Positions 55,901 through 64,000 of a stretch of 64,000 bases of DNA are shown one piece after another. The DNA is taken from positions 124,001 to 188,000 of the IMG/VR virus record IMGVR_UViG_3300008261_000001. The stretch is one strand, 5' to 3'. Position 1 is the stretch's first letter, and the number at the start of each line of letters is the position of its first letter. The notes beneath the pieces are model-generated. The model made no database searches, had not been told where the DNA came from, and worked only from the letters and a program-made list of their open reading frames with translations. A program made the translations under genes and the position numbers.

Positions 55901-57757
55901 GAGCTAGAGGCGGCAATCCTCTCAGCCTCGGCAGACGCTGTGGTTTTGATTGAGGGTGCTGGACTGCGTGTTGTATCGACCAAAGAGGATACGAACGCGA
56001 GCATTGTAGTAGGTGCAGGTTCTGCCAACGACACCTTCAGCGTGAGTGAGGGTGCGATAAGCTCTACGAGTGTGGCGACTGCTCTCGGTGTTGTATCTGG
56101 ACTCATGTCCCATAATAACTCGGGTGCTAACTTGTCCTCGTTCTTGTTCTCTGAAGACCCTCAAGGGGATGCAGGTTTTGCATACTTCACAGAGACAGCA
56201 ATCGCCTACACCTTTACGGATAGTGTGGGTAAGACTTCTGTGATCTTAGAGAGCATGGGTTTCGGTTCCACCAGCTACATTTCCATTACTGGCGGCAACG
56301 CTGTCACCACTAAGGGTAATGGCTTTAAGTTGGCTGTGGGTGAGGGTGCTGTTGGTGAGGATTCTTATCAGGGCTTTGTGGTCACATCGGATAACCCCAA
56401 AGGTTCAGGTTCTGCGAATACCTCTAGTCTCAACGATGGTGTTGGACAAGATGGTGTAGTGGGACAGACTTATGTTGACACAGTGACAGGGTTAACCTTT
56501 ACGCTGTTGCCTAGAGAGGGCGGTCTCACCTATCCCACAGGTGGAGACGCAACGCTGTCCTTTAAGGTAGCTAAGGTCGTTAAGACCAACGCGAATGTCC
56601 CTGTGAACATGATTTACGGTGTGAGCCTAACGGTGTCCAATACCGTAGGTGCTGAGGTGGGCGATACAGCCTTAGTGGAGACCTTCTTTAAGGGTGGCAA
56701 GGAGCCGACCATAGGGCAGGTCTACTACATAGACTACACTCGCCAACGCACTCGTTTTGGTACGAGCGTATTCACCAATATGGCGGATGTGATCTCCACC
56801 TATGGAGAGATTAATCCTCAGAACACCTTGAGCTTAGGTGCTTATCTTGCATTTGCGAATGGAGCGAGGGCGGTCGCACTCCATCAAGTACCTTTAGAGG
56901 CTGGACAGACGACACTCACCGAGCAACAAGTCCTCGATGCGATTGTGGCTGTAGAGGGTGACATATCGGATGGCTTATCTCCCAATGTGATTGTTCCTCT
57001 TTTCCCTGCCACCTCGTCTATCCTATCTTCTCTCTCGAACCATGTGGATTTGCAGAGCAGTATCCGCTTCCGTTCGGAGCGTAGAGCGATACTTGGTTGC
57101 AGAGCTGGGACTCAACCTCGTGAGGTACAGGCTTTAGCTACCGCTACTTCTAATATGCGTGTGTGCCTTGTGTACCCTGACATCGGTCGTGTTTCTTTTG
57201 TAGACGCGAGCGGTGTGACACAGAACTTCCTAGTGGATGGTTCGTATTTTGCGGTGGCGTTAGCCGCCGCTACGACAAACAACACGGTAGACCCTGCGAC
57301 TCCGTGGACGAATAGGGCTATCCGTGGGTTTACTGCACTAGGTCGTGTACTAGACGCTGTGGACGCAAATCAGACAGCCAACGCGGGCGTGACTGTTCTG
57401 AAGTCGGAGCGTGGTGTTATTTCTGTGCGTCATGGTTTAACGACCAATATGACCTCAGTCTTAACCAAGACCCCCACCGTTATCCAAATCGCTGACGAGG
57501 TACACCTTAGGGCGAGGGATACACTGAATCAGTACATCGGTGTGAAGTTCTTGCCCAATGTGATCCCTCAGATAGAGGGCAAGGTCAACGCGATGTTCAA
57601 ACAGCTTGTGAGCGAGCAGTTAATCACCACCTACACAGGCTTGAGCGTCACACAAGACCCTAACGACCCTACTGGCTTATTGGTCGAAGCGTTTTACAAG
57701 CCTGTGTTCCCTCTGTTGTACATTCAGTTCACCTTCAATGTAAGAAGCTCTCTCTAA
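52940..57757 (+). CDS. Contractile tail sheath protein with large insertions (1605 aa)
   Basis: N-terminal YAPPGVYTE; C-terminal ERRAILG, VRHGLTT, IQIADEV, YKPVFPLLYIQFTF. Confidence 0.85.
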   Translation: MAIRGGYAPPGVYTESVFDLQTQPNVVVTGKVPLLIGSGRETIISKGNTLVRGSSASVDQRIVEEDATGRALVSTNPDGSFELGDFDGEITSIVVRNLPIVTGDGSATVATNPTSVSVLINGTNTVVLSVNGTTGVVTIAEAPSADDDVRVSYFFDRKDTLVTDEDMSSQITSTQTELLGSAGSFAFTATSNTFVVTCDQTVYQVTLPLSDGTDRLDSLDRVVGVINAAEMGSLSASTYTDNNGSVNLKLVADGFIRIGTGTANGGMGLYENQTGSSRSVVFYTQHAPIVDGTNSGVTTTDVTDVIVKIDGSLVTPASVDGQTGAITLSNPPSVGSTLLVSYYFNSFRDQFDFIPGRDIVSVDRVSLVASGGGASAQFIEGVDWILQDDKIVWGTASLVSNGSVQNGTTPFGEIQVSASLKDERAFLVECSPVVNTSVVPPRVLANTFQLPYQPTDGTGTGLPTSRTDLISVYTGTSLSDAIERDPVSVVRLNPTNSQVTLGSAVPSNHKVFATFYYNNIQDQIASVGGGYVLKVETAGTSGIGTYSITKEGVSLYGVSFEGKGTDLDAVTLNFPSGSEAVSDARIEGGTPVSENVTVELMDFDSTSAVFSFTGTSPYFPVSTKSDTLELEVDSTSISVSLGDTTDTNLRHPLTQYVGGLLPYTESSNKTDLGEGLVSSLNLVVDGVSITPSMSGDNLDITDWVSSINLAAASAPPVYVGMSRLSTLDIAADSYQLFTMHYTGNVNGPSGNISVGITPGAYANASALASAIDTAVSNAVTILVLGQPDFSGLTFSVTADASGRLVFTLESLPNGLGTTDTYGYVEFIAADDTSFCSIGGLDADTATGGTQTKWGFLPVAASSVKTTDSLESQARLILKSRTLCGNTYYPQTDVGLSLTGGTDTAKAGLPSTLSNLNAKCVVSLPSLLLSVGWTVQDGSLPATLFYDGTDVNNAVNDQLVLSINGVSVVTNFTSSASGSLLNLQAIKSELEAAILSASADAVVLIEGAGLRVVSTKEDTNASIVVGAGSANDTFSVSEGAISSTSVATALGVVSGLMSHNNSGANLSSFLFSEDPQGDAGFAYFTETAIAYTFTDSVGKTSVILESMGFGSTSYISITGGNAVTTKGNGFKLAVGEGAVGEDSYQGFVVTSDNPKGSGSANTSSLNDGVGQDGVVGQTYVDTVTGLTFTLLPREGGLTYPTGGDATLSFKVAKVVKTNANVPVNMIYGVSLTVSNTVGAEVGDTALVETFFKGGKEPTIGQVYYIDYTRQRTRFGTSVFTNMADVISTYGEINPQNTLSLGAYLAFANGARAVALHQVPLEAGQTTLTEQQVLDAIVAVEGDISDGLSPNVIVPLFPATSSILSSLSNHVDLQSSIRFRSERRAILGCRAGTQPREVQALATATSNMRVCLVYPDIGRVSFVDASGVTQNFLVDGSYFAVALAAATTNNTVDPATPWTNRAIRGFTALGRVLDAVDANQTANAGVTVLKSERGVISVRHGLTTNMTSVLTKTPTVIQIADEVHLRARDTLNQYIGVKFLPNVIPQIEGKVNAMFKQLVSEQLITTYTGLSVTQDPNDPTGLLVEAFYKPVFPLLYIQFTFNVRSSL

Positions 57758-57872
57758 TACCCACACTTATTCGAGGTTTTGCCTTTGGGTAGGCTCTTAA
57801 AACCTATACTTTTGTCAGCCCTACAAACCGTGTTGGTATTGTAGGGTAAACAAACGACAGAGGTATTAGTTT

Positions 57873-58412
57873 ATGAGCAAAGAGTGTAAAGTACAATGGA
57901 AGATAGAGTCAGATGGACTCACCAAGTCTTGGAGGTGCATGGCTCATTTAACCCCCACGATTTGGTTTAATGAAGCCTCAAAAAGTTGTTACTACGCAAA
58001 TTGTTGCGGTCGCAGTGATGCTGGAAAGCCTCTTAATCAAGAAGAACTAAGGGTACATAAACTTACGAAAACCCTAGAGAAAGAGTACTTGGATAATGGT
58101 GGTCTACCGCTAGTTAAAAACTCAGTTGTTTATTATTGTCTTTCACCCTTATGTGGTAAAGAAATCCCTAAAGGCAAAAACTCAACAAGGTACTGCTCAG
58201 AGAACTGCCGTAAGAACTACTCTCGCCACAAAATGAGGGCTATAAAGGCAGAAAAGCTCTTGGAGGATAAGATTCCCAAGTGCCAAGCTGTCGGTTGCCC
58301 TAATAAGCTATCCGATAAGAAGGGTGGTAAGGGGATAATGGATAAGAAGTACTGTTCAGAGAACTGCCGTAAGAGGGCTTATAGGCAGAGGAAGAGTTTG
58401 TCCGCCATTTAA
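57873..58412 (+). CDS. Multi-zinc-finger protein
   Basis: Two C..C...YCSENCRK repeats. Confidence 0.75.
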   Translation: MSKECKVQWKIESDGLTKSWRCMAHLTPTIWFNEASKSCYYANCCGRSDAGKPLNQEELRVHKLTKTLEKEYLDNGGLPLVKNSVVYYCLSPLCGKEIPKGKNSTRYCSENCRKNYSRHKMRAIKAEKLLEDKIPKCQAVGCPNKLSDKKGGKGIMDKKYCSENCRKRAYRQRKSLSAI

Positions 58413-59047
58413 AAGCCTGTGAAGTAAAGAACCCCACCCTTTACTTGAGCCTTGAGTCCTTTGATGTGGCTGTCACCCTTGCTGTCTGTCATTAGGTGGA
58501 AAATGGTTTCTGCTTGAGCCTCGGCTGTGAATGTGTCGTATCCAAACTCGCTACGGGTATCCTTAAAGACGACCTTGAGTATGGATCCCGTTTGTTGAAA
58601 CTTGTAGTCGAAATCCATTTCCACCGACACATCAGATATAGACTCTTTGAGTTCCTCTTTTGCCATCTCGAATAGTTGGGTATTGGCGGTTCTTCTCATA
58701 GAGTCTTCTACTATGGTGGGCTTTGGCTTAGGTACGAAGGTAGAGGCTTGGTCTACAAGTTCTCTGTCTTCATGAGTAAGCTGTTGTCTGTAGAAAGCGT
58801 CACCCATCGTAATCAGAGCGTAGCTAGTCCTATCCAAATCTCGCTCCATTTTGGATAAGTGTAGCTCCATATTAGAAAAGCTATCCCCACAGAGCGTATA
58901 GACGGCTTCTTTAACTTGGGGTTGGTCGTCAAGAGCAGATAGAACTTGGTTAAGTGCTGACCTAAGGATGTGAGCCTCGACCCTTGCTCCGCTTACACCC
59001 TCAGAAAGAAGCGACCAGCTCGCTTGGCTTGACGATTTCTTCTTCAT
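58409..59047 (-). CDS. Hypothetical protein, possible virion protein
   Basis: 212 aa; internal RRTA; TTTATA upstream. Confidence 0.65.
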   Translation of the reverse strand: MKKKSSSQASWSLLSEGVSGARVEAHILRSALNQVLSALDDQPQVKEAVYTLCGDSFSNMELHLSKMERDLDRTSYALITMGDAFYRQQLTHEDRELVDQASTFVPKPKPTIVEDSMRRTANTQLFEMAKEELKESISDVSVEMDFDYKFQQTGSILKVVFKDTRSEFGYDTFTAEAQAETIFHLMTDSKGDSHIKGLKAQVKGGVLYFTGF

Positions 59048-59146
59048 TACTAAACCCCATGTTTATGATCTGTGTAAAAGGCTCCCTATAAACAGAAAAA
59101 AACTTGTATATTATCCCTTATGTGTGGTATAAGGGTTTAGTTAGAC

Positions 59147-59221
59147 GCTCCCATCGTCTAGTCTGGCCTAGGACGCAGGACTTTCACTCCTGTAACACGG
59201 GTTCAAATCCCGTTGGGAGTA
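59147..59221 (+). tRNA. tRNA-Glu (TTC)
   Basis: GCTCCCA/TGGGAGT acceptor, CAGGA-CTTTCAC-TCCTG, GGTTCAAATCC. Confidence 0.92.
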
Positions 59222-59230
59222 CTCTCAACC

Positions 59231-59265
59231 GAACCCCCACTTAGCTCACCCCTAAGTGGGGGTTT
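59231..59265 (+). terminator. Hairpin after tRNA-Glu
   Basis: AACCCCCACTTAG...CTAAGTGGGGGTT. Confidence 0.6.
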
Positions 59266-59287
59266 CTCATTTAAGGGGTACACAAAG

Positions 59288-59485
59288 ATGAATCAGATAC
59301 ACAAGCGTGTTTGGGACTTTGTCAGTGAATCTCTTGGCACTAAAAAAAGAACCTTAAAGTCCCATATGGAAGGGAGCTTTAAAACCCCTTTTGGATACAC
59401 TCACGAGGCTTATACTGCGTTGCTTGAAGAAGAGATTTCTACGCTTGAGAAGATCCTAGAGAAGATAACTAACTTAGACGACTAG
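59288..59485 (+). CDS. Small hypothetical protein
   Basis: MNQIHKR start after AAGGGG. Confidence 0.55.
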   Translation: MNQIHKRVWDFVSESLGTKKRTLKSHMEGSFKTPFGYTHEAYTALLEEEISTLEKILEKITNLDD

Positions 59486-59624
59486 GCTCTTATAATGGAT
59501 ACCGAACGGAGGTGTCCAAGTATGAACGGAAACTTTAACTTTATGGTGTTCTACGCGGTGGTTTCTTTGCTTGTGTGGTTCTTTTGTGCGGACTATGAGT
59601 TCATAGCGTTTATGATATGCTTAC

Positions 59625-60497
59625 TCAGCGTTGGGCATTTCTTCGGTTGGATGCTTGACGAACTCGGTTATGAGTAGCTTGCCACCTTGAGGCGACCCGT
59701 TTGTGAGCGAGCTTTTGCTGTCCGAACTCTTTCTCGTACCAATCAAGATAACCTGGTGCATCCTCTGAAGACTCCGCCCCACTTATCCATTTTAAGTAGG
59801 CAGGTGTGAGTAGCTCGGTGATGGGGATTTGTGAAAGAGCCGCCGCCTTAGCGGGACCAATAAACTTAGAAGCCCAAACAGGCATAGAGTGCAATACCAC
59901 TTCCACAATCACGATGGGTAGTGCAGTCTTGATTCCGTACTTCTTAACCGCGTGTACGATTTGCTTTATGAGTTCAATGGGGTTGAGGGTGTGCAGTATA
60001 TCGCTTAGTTTAGTGGAAACCACCTTTTGACCTACAAGGTCACTCCACTCTCGTAATCCTTGCTCCACCACCATCTTTTGGAGTCTAGGACTCCAAGTAC
60101 TGCCTCTGTTCTCCTCGTAGTACATATATCCAGCGTTCCAATCCTCATTGCCCTTAGAGGGCTTGAGGTCAAGCTCGGCATAACCCTCTGAGAAGGTCAG
60201 CTCTTGTTGACGAGCCTCAAATCCTGCTTTCCATTCTTCCACATGGAGTTCTATCTGAGCCTCTCGGATAACCCTCGTCATCTCAGGGGCGAGGTGCTTA
60301 ATCGTGATGTCGAAGAGTTCCTCAAGAGGCTGACCCCACAGCTTCTTAGGCAGATCCACGAGTTTCATTGTGGGGTTTTTGATATAGTCAACGAAGAAGG
60401 TTTTGAGGCTGTCACCTACACCAGCTTCATGCTCAAGTAGAGCGACTTTTACTTGTAGTTCTGCGATACGCTTTAGCTGTGCTTGTCTATCCATCAT
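59625..60497 (-). CDS. Hypothetical protein with leader-like N-terminal helix, possible virion protein
   Basis: AGGAG RBS; RQAQLKRIAELQVKVALLE; C-terminal KRVASRW. Confidence 0.7.
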   Translation of the reverse strand: MMDRQAQLKRIAELQVKVALLEHEAGVGDSLKTFFVDYIKNPTMKLVDLPKKLWGQPLEELFDITIKHLAPEMTRVIREAQIELHVEEWKAGFEARQQELTFSEGYAELDLKPSKGNEDWNAGYMYYEENRGSTWSPRLQKMVVEQGLREWSDLVGQKVVSTKLSDILHTLNPIELIKQIVHAVKKYGIKTALPIVIVEVVLHSMPVWASKFIGPAKAAALSQIPITELLTPAYLKWISGAESSEDAPGYLDWYEKEFGQQKLAHKRVASRWQATHNRVRQASNRRNAQR

Positions 60498-60603
60498 GGT
60501 TAGTTCTCCTGTGTTGTTTAAGCCAATATGGGTTGGTCTATAAACAAATAAATAGTGGTATTATGGTGTGTGTTCTTAACCCCACCCTTAGGAGTGAGAA
60601 GCT

Positions 60604-60906
60604 ATGAGCGATTTTGAGACAAAGCAGACAGAACTTAAGTTGGAGAAGAAGCACCTTGATTTTGAAAAGAAGTGCCGTGAGGAGAGCTTGCGTTTTGAGG
60701 TGCTTCAGTTCGCACTAGAGGTCGCTCGTTTATCCAATACTGATTCGCCCATCTCTTACGACCATCTTTTGTTTATTGCTGAGGATATGCTCTCGTTTGT
60801 ACAGAACAAGAAGTCTAAGGCAGAGCCTATTGCAGTCGAGGTGGAAGCACCCAAGAAGAAGGTGTCCTCGAAGCTGAAGGCGAACCCTTCGAGCTTGCTT
60901 CCTTAA
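60604..60906 (+). CDS. Hypothetical protein
   Basis: AGGAG RBS. Confidence 0.65.
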   Translation: MSDFETKQTELKLEKKHLDFEKKCREESLRFEVLQFALEVARLSNTDSPISYDHLLFIAEDMLSFVQNKKSKAEPIAVEVEAPKKKVSSKLKANPSSLLP

Positions 60907-60953
60907 GATTTTTTTTAACACACCCTTTCATTTGGTATAAAGGGGTGTACTTC

Positions 60954-61027
<74 letters not shown>

Positions 61028-61034
61028 GCTCTTT

Positions 61035-61117
61035 GGGGGGATGTCCGAGTGGTCAAAGGAATCGGGCTGTAAACCCGACCTCGTTAGAGTTCGGAGGTTC
61101 AAATCCTCCTCCCCCCA
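61035..61117 (+). tRNA. tRNA-Tyr (GTA)
   Basis: TCGGG-CTGTAAA-CCCGA, long variable arm, GGTTCAAATCC. Confidence 0.93.
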
Positions 61118-61132
61118 CTCGTTTTAACTTAT

Positions 61133-61204
61133 GCGGGAATAGCTCAATGGTAGAGCGTCAGCCTTCCAAGCTGAATGTTGCGGGTTCAAGTCCCGTTTTC
61201 CGCT
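61133..61204 (+). tRNA. tRNA-Gly (TCC)
   Basis: TCAGC-CTTCCAA-GCTGA, GGTTCAAGTCC. Confidence 0.93.
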
Positions 61205-61248
61205 CTCTACAAGCACAAACCTCTTTGAAAGAAACAAAAGGACTTAAG

Positions 61249-61800
61249 GTGAGAAATCTTATTGTATCTTTATCTATCCTATTCTTGGGCATGAGCGTGA
61301 GCTACGCTGAAGTCCCTACTTGTGCAGGCTCTAAGTACTCTATCCCCTTTAAGGGGATAACCTTTGGCATGAAGCAAGCAGATGCTGTTAAGAAGTTGAG
61401 GGCAGACAATCCATCTCTGATTGTGACCGCAGACGCAGAGGGTGTTAAGATGAAATACCCTCTCTCTCAGCAACAGATTTTTGATGAGGTTCGCCTTCTT
61501 ATCCTCGATGGGTATGTACACGAGGTGCTTATTTCTTACAGCAACAGCTTCCAAGACGAGCAAGGCGGACCTGCGAAGGCAGCGTTGAATATCATTAAGA
61601 ACGCAAACGAGAAGTTCGGACTAGCCCTCGACAAAGAGCCTGTAGAGGGTGGTTTCCGATTCGTTTGGGCATCCGACAATGGTGCAGGCTTCCGAGTGAC
61701 AGCTAAAGACCCTTACACGATTGTGATGGGTTATAACTGCGAGCCCCTTACGGACTACCTCACAGAGAAGAAGCGTAAGACCACAAACTTCGGCTTCTAA
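61249..61800 (+). CDS. Secreted/periplasmic hypothetical protein
   Basis: GTG start after AAGGA; signal peptide MRNLIVSLSILFLGMSVSYA. Confidence 0.75.
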   Translation: MRNLIVSLSILFLGMSVSYAEVPTCAGSKYSIPFKGITFGMKQADAVKKLRADNPSLIVTADAEGVKMKYPLSQQQIFDEVRLLILDGYVHEVLISYSNSFQDEQGGPAKAALNIIKNANEKFGLALDKEPVEGGFRFVWASDNGAGFRVTAKDPYTIVMGYNCEPLTDYLTEKKRKTTNFGF

Positions 61801-61958
61801 GCTCCAATAATGGTTGCGAGGGCGAGGGCGATGAGGACATAGAAGGGTGCGGTTACAAGAGCGTTCATTAGTGCCATCCGAGGGTTGCCCTCGGAGTACT
61901 GAGCGGATTGGTAAAAGGCAAGGGTAGTAGCCCAACCGACAAGTAGTGCGTCTGTCAT
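61797..61958 (-). CDS. Small membrane protein (53 aa)
   Basis: Own translation MTDALLVGWATT...; ATGA-coupled to upstream gene. Confidence 0.55.
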   Translation of the reverse strand: MTDALLVGWATTLAFYQSAQYSEGNPRMALMNALVTAPFYVLIALALATIIGA

Positions 61959-62113
61959 TTTGTAATCCATAGGTGTATGCTTGTGAAGAGAAGCATATAG
62001 ATGGGTGAGAGGAGGGGCATGACGAATATCGTCCCGACAGCTTTTACGCTGTGGTATCCGCCTAAGAAAAATCCAAAGAGCAAGATGGCTAGTTGTTGTT
62101 CTTCGTGTGTCAT
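61955..62113 (-). CDS. Small membrane protein (52 aa)
   Basis: Own translation MTHEEQQLAILLFG...; AAGGAG RBS. Confidence 0.6.
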   Translation of the reverse strand: MTHEEQQLAILLFGFFLGGYHSVKAVGTIFVMPLLSPIYMLLFTSIHLWITK

Positions 62114-62220
62114 TTTATCTCCTTCTGTTGCCCACCTTATATGGTGGCTTCGAGGTTGACAATAACTTTCTTTATAGGAAAGTTGTGTAAACGATGGTAT
62201 AATCCCATCGATGGTTCTAT

Positions 62221-62293
62221 GCGACTATAGCTCAGTTGGTAGAGCATCGGTCTTACACACCGAATGTCACAGGTTCAAGCCCTGTTGGTCGCA
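62221..62293 (+). tRNA. tRNA-Val (TAC)
   Basis: TCGGT-CTTACAC-ACCGA, GGTTCAAGCCC. Confidence 0.92.
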
Positions 62294-62398
62294 GTCTGAT
62301 ACCCACAATCCCGTGGGTACAGAGCATACCCGCCTGGGTTGTGCGTGTTGTGGTGGGGGGTGGTGGGTTTGGTCGTACCTCGTGTTCGGTCAGACCCA

Positions 62399-62734
62399 TC
62401 ACCCCCCATGTCCTTTTATAAGTTTATTAAGCTCTTCTATTAAGACTGAGATAAGGCTGAAGTGTAGTTGAATCGTTTCTCCTCTGATTGTAATCACAGC
62501 CCTTTGGGTAGCGTGGTACAAACAGATACAATACTGCCCCTCTGCCATAACTTCCACATCGAAGTTGTTAAAGGACTTTTCACTTCGTTTTAAGCCTCTG
62601 TTAAGAAAACCTTCGATATTAGCAAGTTCTCTAGGCGAAACCTTAACCTGTAGGGTCTCTGGGCTTACGCATCCGTGGTCATCAAGGTAAGCGACTTGGA
62701 GGTACTCATTCTCTGTGATTCGACAAATAATCAC
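62399..62734 (-). CDS. Hypothetical protein
   Basis: 111-aa ORF with GTG start. Confidence 0.55.
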   Translation of the reverse strand: MIICRITENEYLQVAYLDDHGCVSPETLQVKVSPRELANIEGFLNRGLKRSEKSFNNFDVEVMAEGQYCICLYHATQRAVITIRGETIQLHFSLISVLIEELNKLIKGHGG

Positions 62735-62808
62735 TTTAGCCCCTTTGTTCTGCTGTTATAACACCCTCTCATGTTTATAGATTCAGCAGTAGGGCTACGA
62801 CAGCAAAA

Positions 62809-62881
62809 CGCTCTCTCTAGGACTTGAACCTAGAACCTATCGGTTAACAGCCGATTGCTCTGACCATTGAGCTAAGAGAGC
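62809..62881 (-). tRNA. tRNA-Asn (GTT)
   Basis: Reverse strand GCTCTCT acceptor, ATCGG-CTGTTAA-CCGAT, GGTTCAAGTCC. Confidence 0.92.
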
Positions 62882-62910
62882 TTATTTATATACCAAGTAC
62901 CCCTTAGCTT

Positions 62911-63363
62911 TTATTGGATACTTTTAAGCAGATTGGCTATTTCTTGTTGCTGATTGGATAAGTCGTATGTGGGAACACCAAATGCTTTTGCGGCTAGAAG
63001 GCACGCCCTAATATCTTCATCTTGTTCGTTGTCACAGAGGTAGATTAAGAAATCTCTACCCTCGACTAAAGCTACATGGCGTAGCCGATTGGATATTTCA
63101 ATGCCGATCATTTTCTCGATGCCCTCGTAGATATTACACCCCACATCGAGTACCGAGTCCTTAAATGGAAAGTGGTTTTCACCTTTGGGTAGGTTTACTT
63201 TATCTTCGTGGGCTGTGTTTATTATTTGCTCGGCAGACGAGTCACCCCGTGTCCAAAGGATGTACCCCTTATTGGATAAGTAGGCACCGATGCGTTCTAG
63301 GCGTTGGGACAGCTTACTTTCCAATAGGGTGTGTAAGTTGGAAACGAAGGCGTATGTTTTCAT
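62911..63363 (-). CDS. Degenerate DprA/SLOG-like protein
   Basis: IGAYLSNKGYILWTRGDSSAEQ ~ LAxxGYxLRSGGAxGAD; AAKAFGVPTYDL ~ AxxxGIPVFNL. Confidence 0.5.
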   Translation of the reverse strand: MKTYAFVSNLHTLLESKLSQRLERIGAYLSNKGYILWTRGDSSAEQIINTAHEDKVNLPKGENHFPFKDSVLDVGCNIYEGIEKMIGIEISNRLRHVALVEGRDFLIYLCDNEQDEDIRACLLAAKAFGVPTYDLSNQQQEIANLLKSIQ

Positions 63364-63559
63364 GACAGTATGATTTCCACCCATATGCAGAAGCAGAGGG
63401 CCATCTCTTCACTGTAATAGCATTCCCACATGGAAGCTCCTTTTGTCAGCTTATAGATTTCTAGGTACTTGTATAGTACGCTGTTGGTTAGATCTTCGAG
63501 CATAAGATACTGCCTTGTAGACACACAAGCGGTGGTTATAAAGAGGTTAGGGTTAGCTT

Positions 63560-63916
63560 ATGAAGACCATACACAGACAAGCGATGGTAGCAGCACTATC
63601 TAATGGGGGAAAGTACCATGTGGCTTGTGTTCTCTATAGACGAGGGAAGCCAGTTTATATAGGCATCAATACGGATAAGACACACCCACGATTTAGGCGT
63701 ATAGCGGCAGATGGTACAGAGGTGTGTACGCTTCATGCTGAGATGTCAGCGTTGAGGTTTAGCCAGCCTGGAGACTCGTTGGAGGTGATGAGGTTTTTAA
63801 AGGATGGGACAAGGACGATGGCACAACCCTGTGTTCATTGTATGAACCACATAAGGCGAAGTGGGCTGAGTCGCGTGAAGTACACGACATGGGATGGTAG
63901 TTGGGGGAGCCTATAA
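63560..63916 (+). CDS. Zn-dependent cytidine/dCMP deaminase-like protein
   Basis: HAE and PCVHC motifs. Confidence 0.85.
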   Translation: MKTIHRQAMVAALSNGGKYHVACVLYRRGKPVYIGINTDKTHPRFRRIAADGTEVCTLHAEMSALRFSQPGDSLEVMRFLKDGTRTMAQPCVHCMNHIRRSGLSRVKYTTWDGSWGSL

Positions 63917-63925
63917 AAATCGAAA

Positions 63926-63955
63926 CCCTAGTCTCCTATTCGGAGGACTAGGGTG
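63926..63955 (+). terminator. Hairpin after deaminase
   Basis: ACCCTAGTC...GACTAGGGT. Confidence 0.55.
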
Positions 63956-64000
63956 TCCGACAGCACGACTTTTGTTATTAGGGGTCTAAAAGCGAGAGGT

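Noticed and set aside
61033-61248. N-terminal extension of the 255-aa ORF
   Set aside because: Overlaps tRNA-Tyr and tRNA-Gly; the likely start is GTG 61249

Overview
A 64-kb segment of a large (jumbo-type) myovirus-like dsDNA phage genome that uses the standard genetic code. Left part (1-9.3 kb, mostly minus strand): truncated UvrD-like helicase, GIY-YIG endonuclease, class Ia ribonucleotide reductase (nrdB; nrdA with a LAGLIDADG intein), a divergent AcrIII-1/DUF1874-like gene and clamp-loader delta/delta'-like genes. A ~1.7-kb non-coding, repeat-rich region (probable origin) separates this from a mostly plus-strand arm: RecD2, ThyX, PhoH, a head module (terminase, portal, prohead protease, EF-hand scaffold, decoration protein, HK97-fold capsid), an accessory block, neck/tail genes with a 1605-aa sheath, six tRNAs and a deaminase. 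Most notable is a set of cassettes in which one ~20-aa helical leader (MRTASEVLRSLEARIARLE), bounded by [KR]-x-A motifs that pervade the head proteins, is fused to different cargo domains behind a conserved late-type promoter and an RBS-occluding hairpin; I infer a capsid-targeting, protease-released cargo system. Two phage-specific promoter-like motifs (TATCCCAA-N12-YTYATTA and AATA-N5-TTTAT) and an apparent excess of TTATCC/GGATAA are also visible. All family assignments are by-eye motif recognition; no searches were run.
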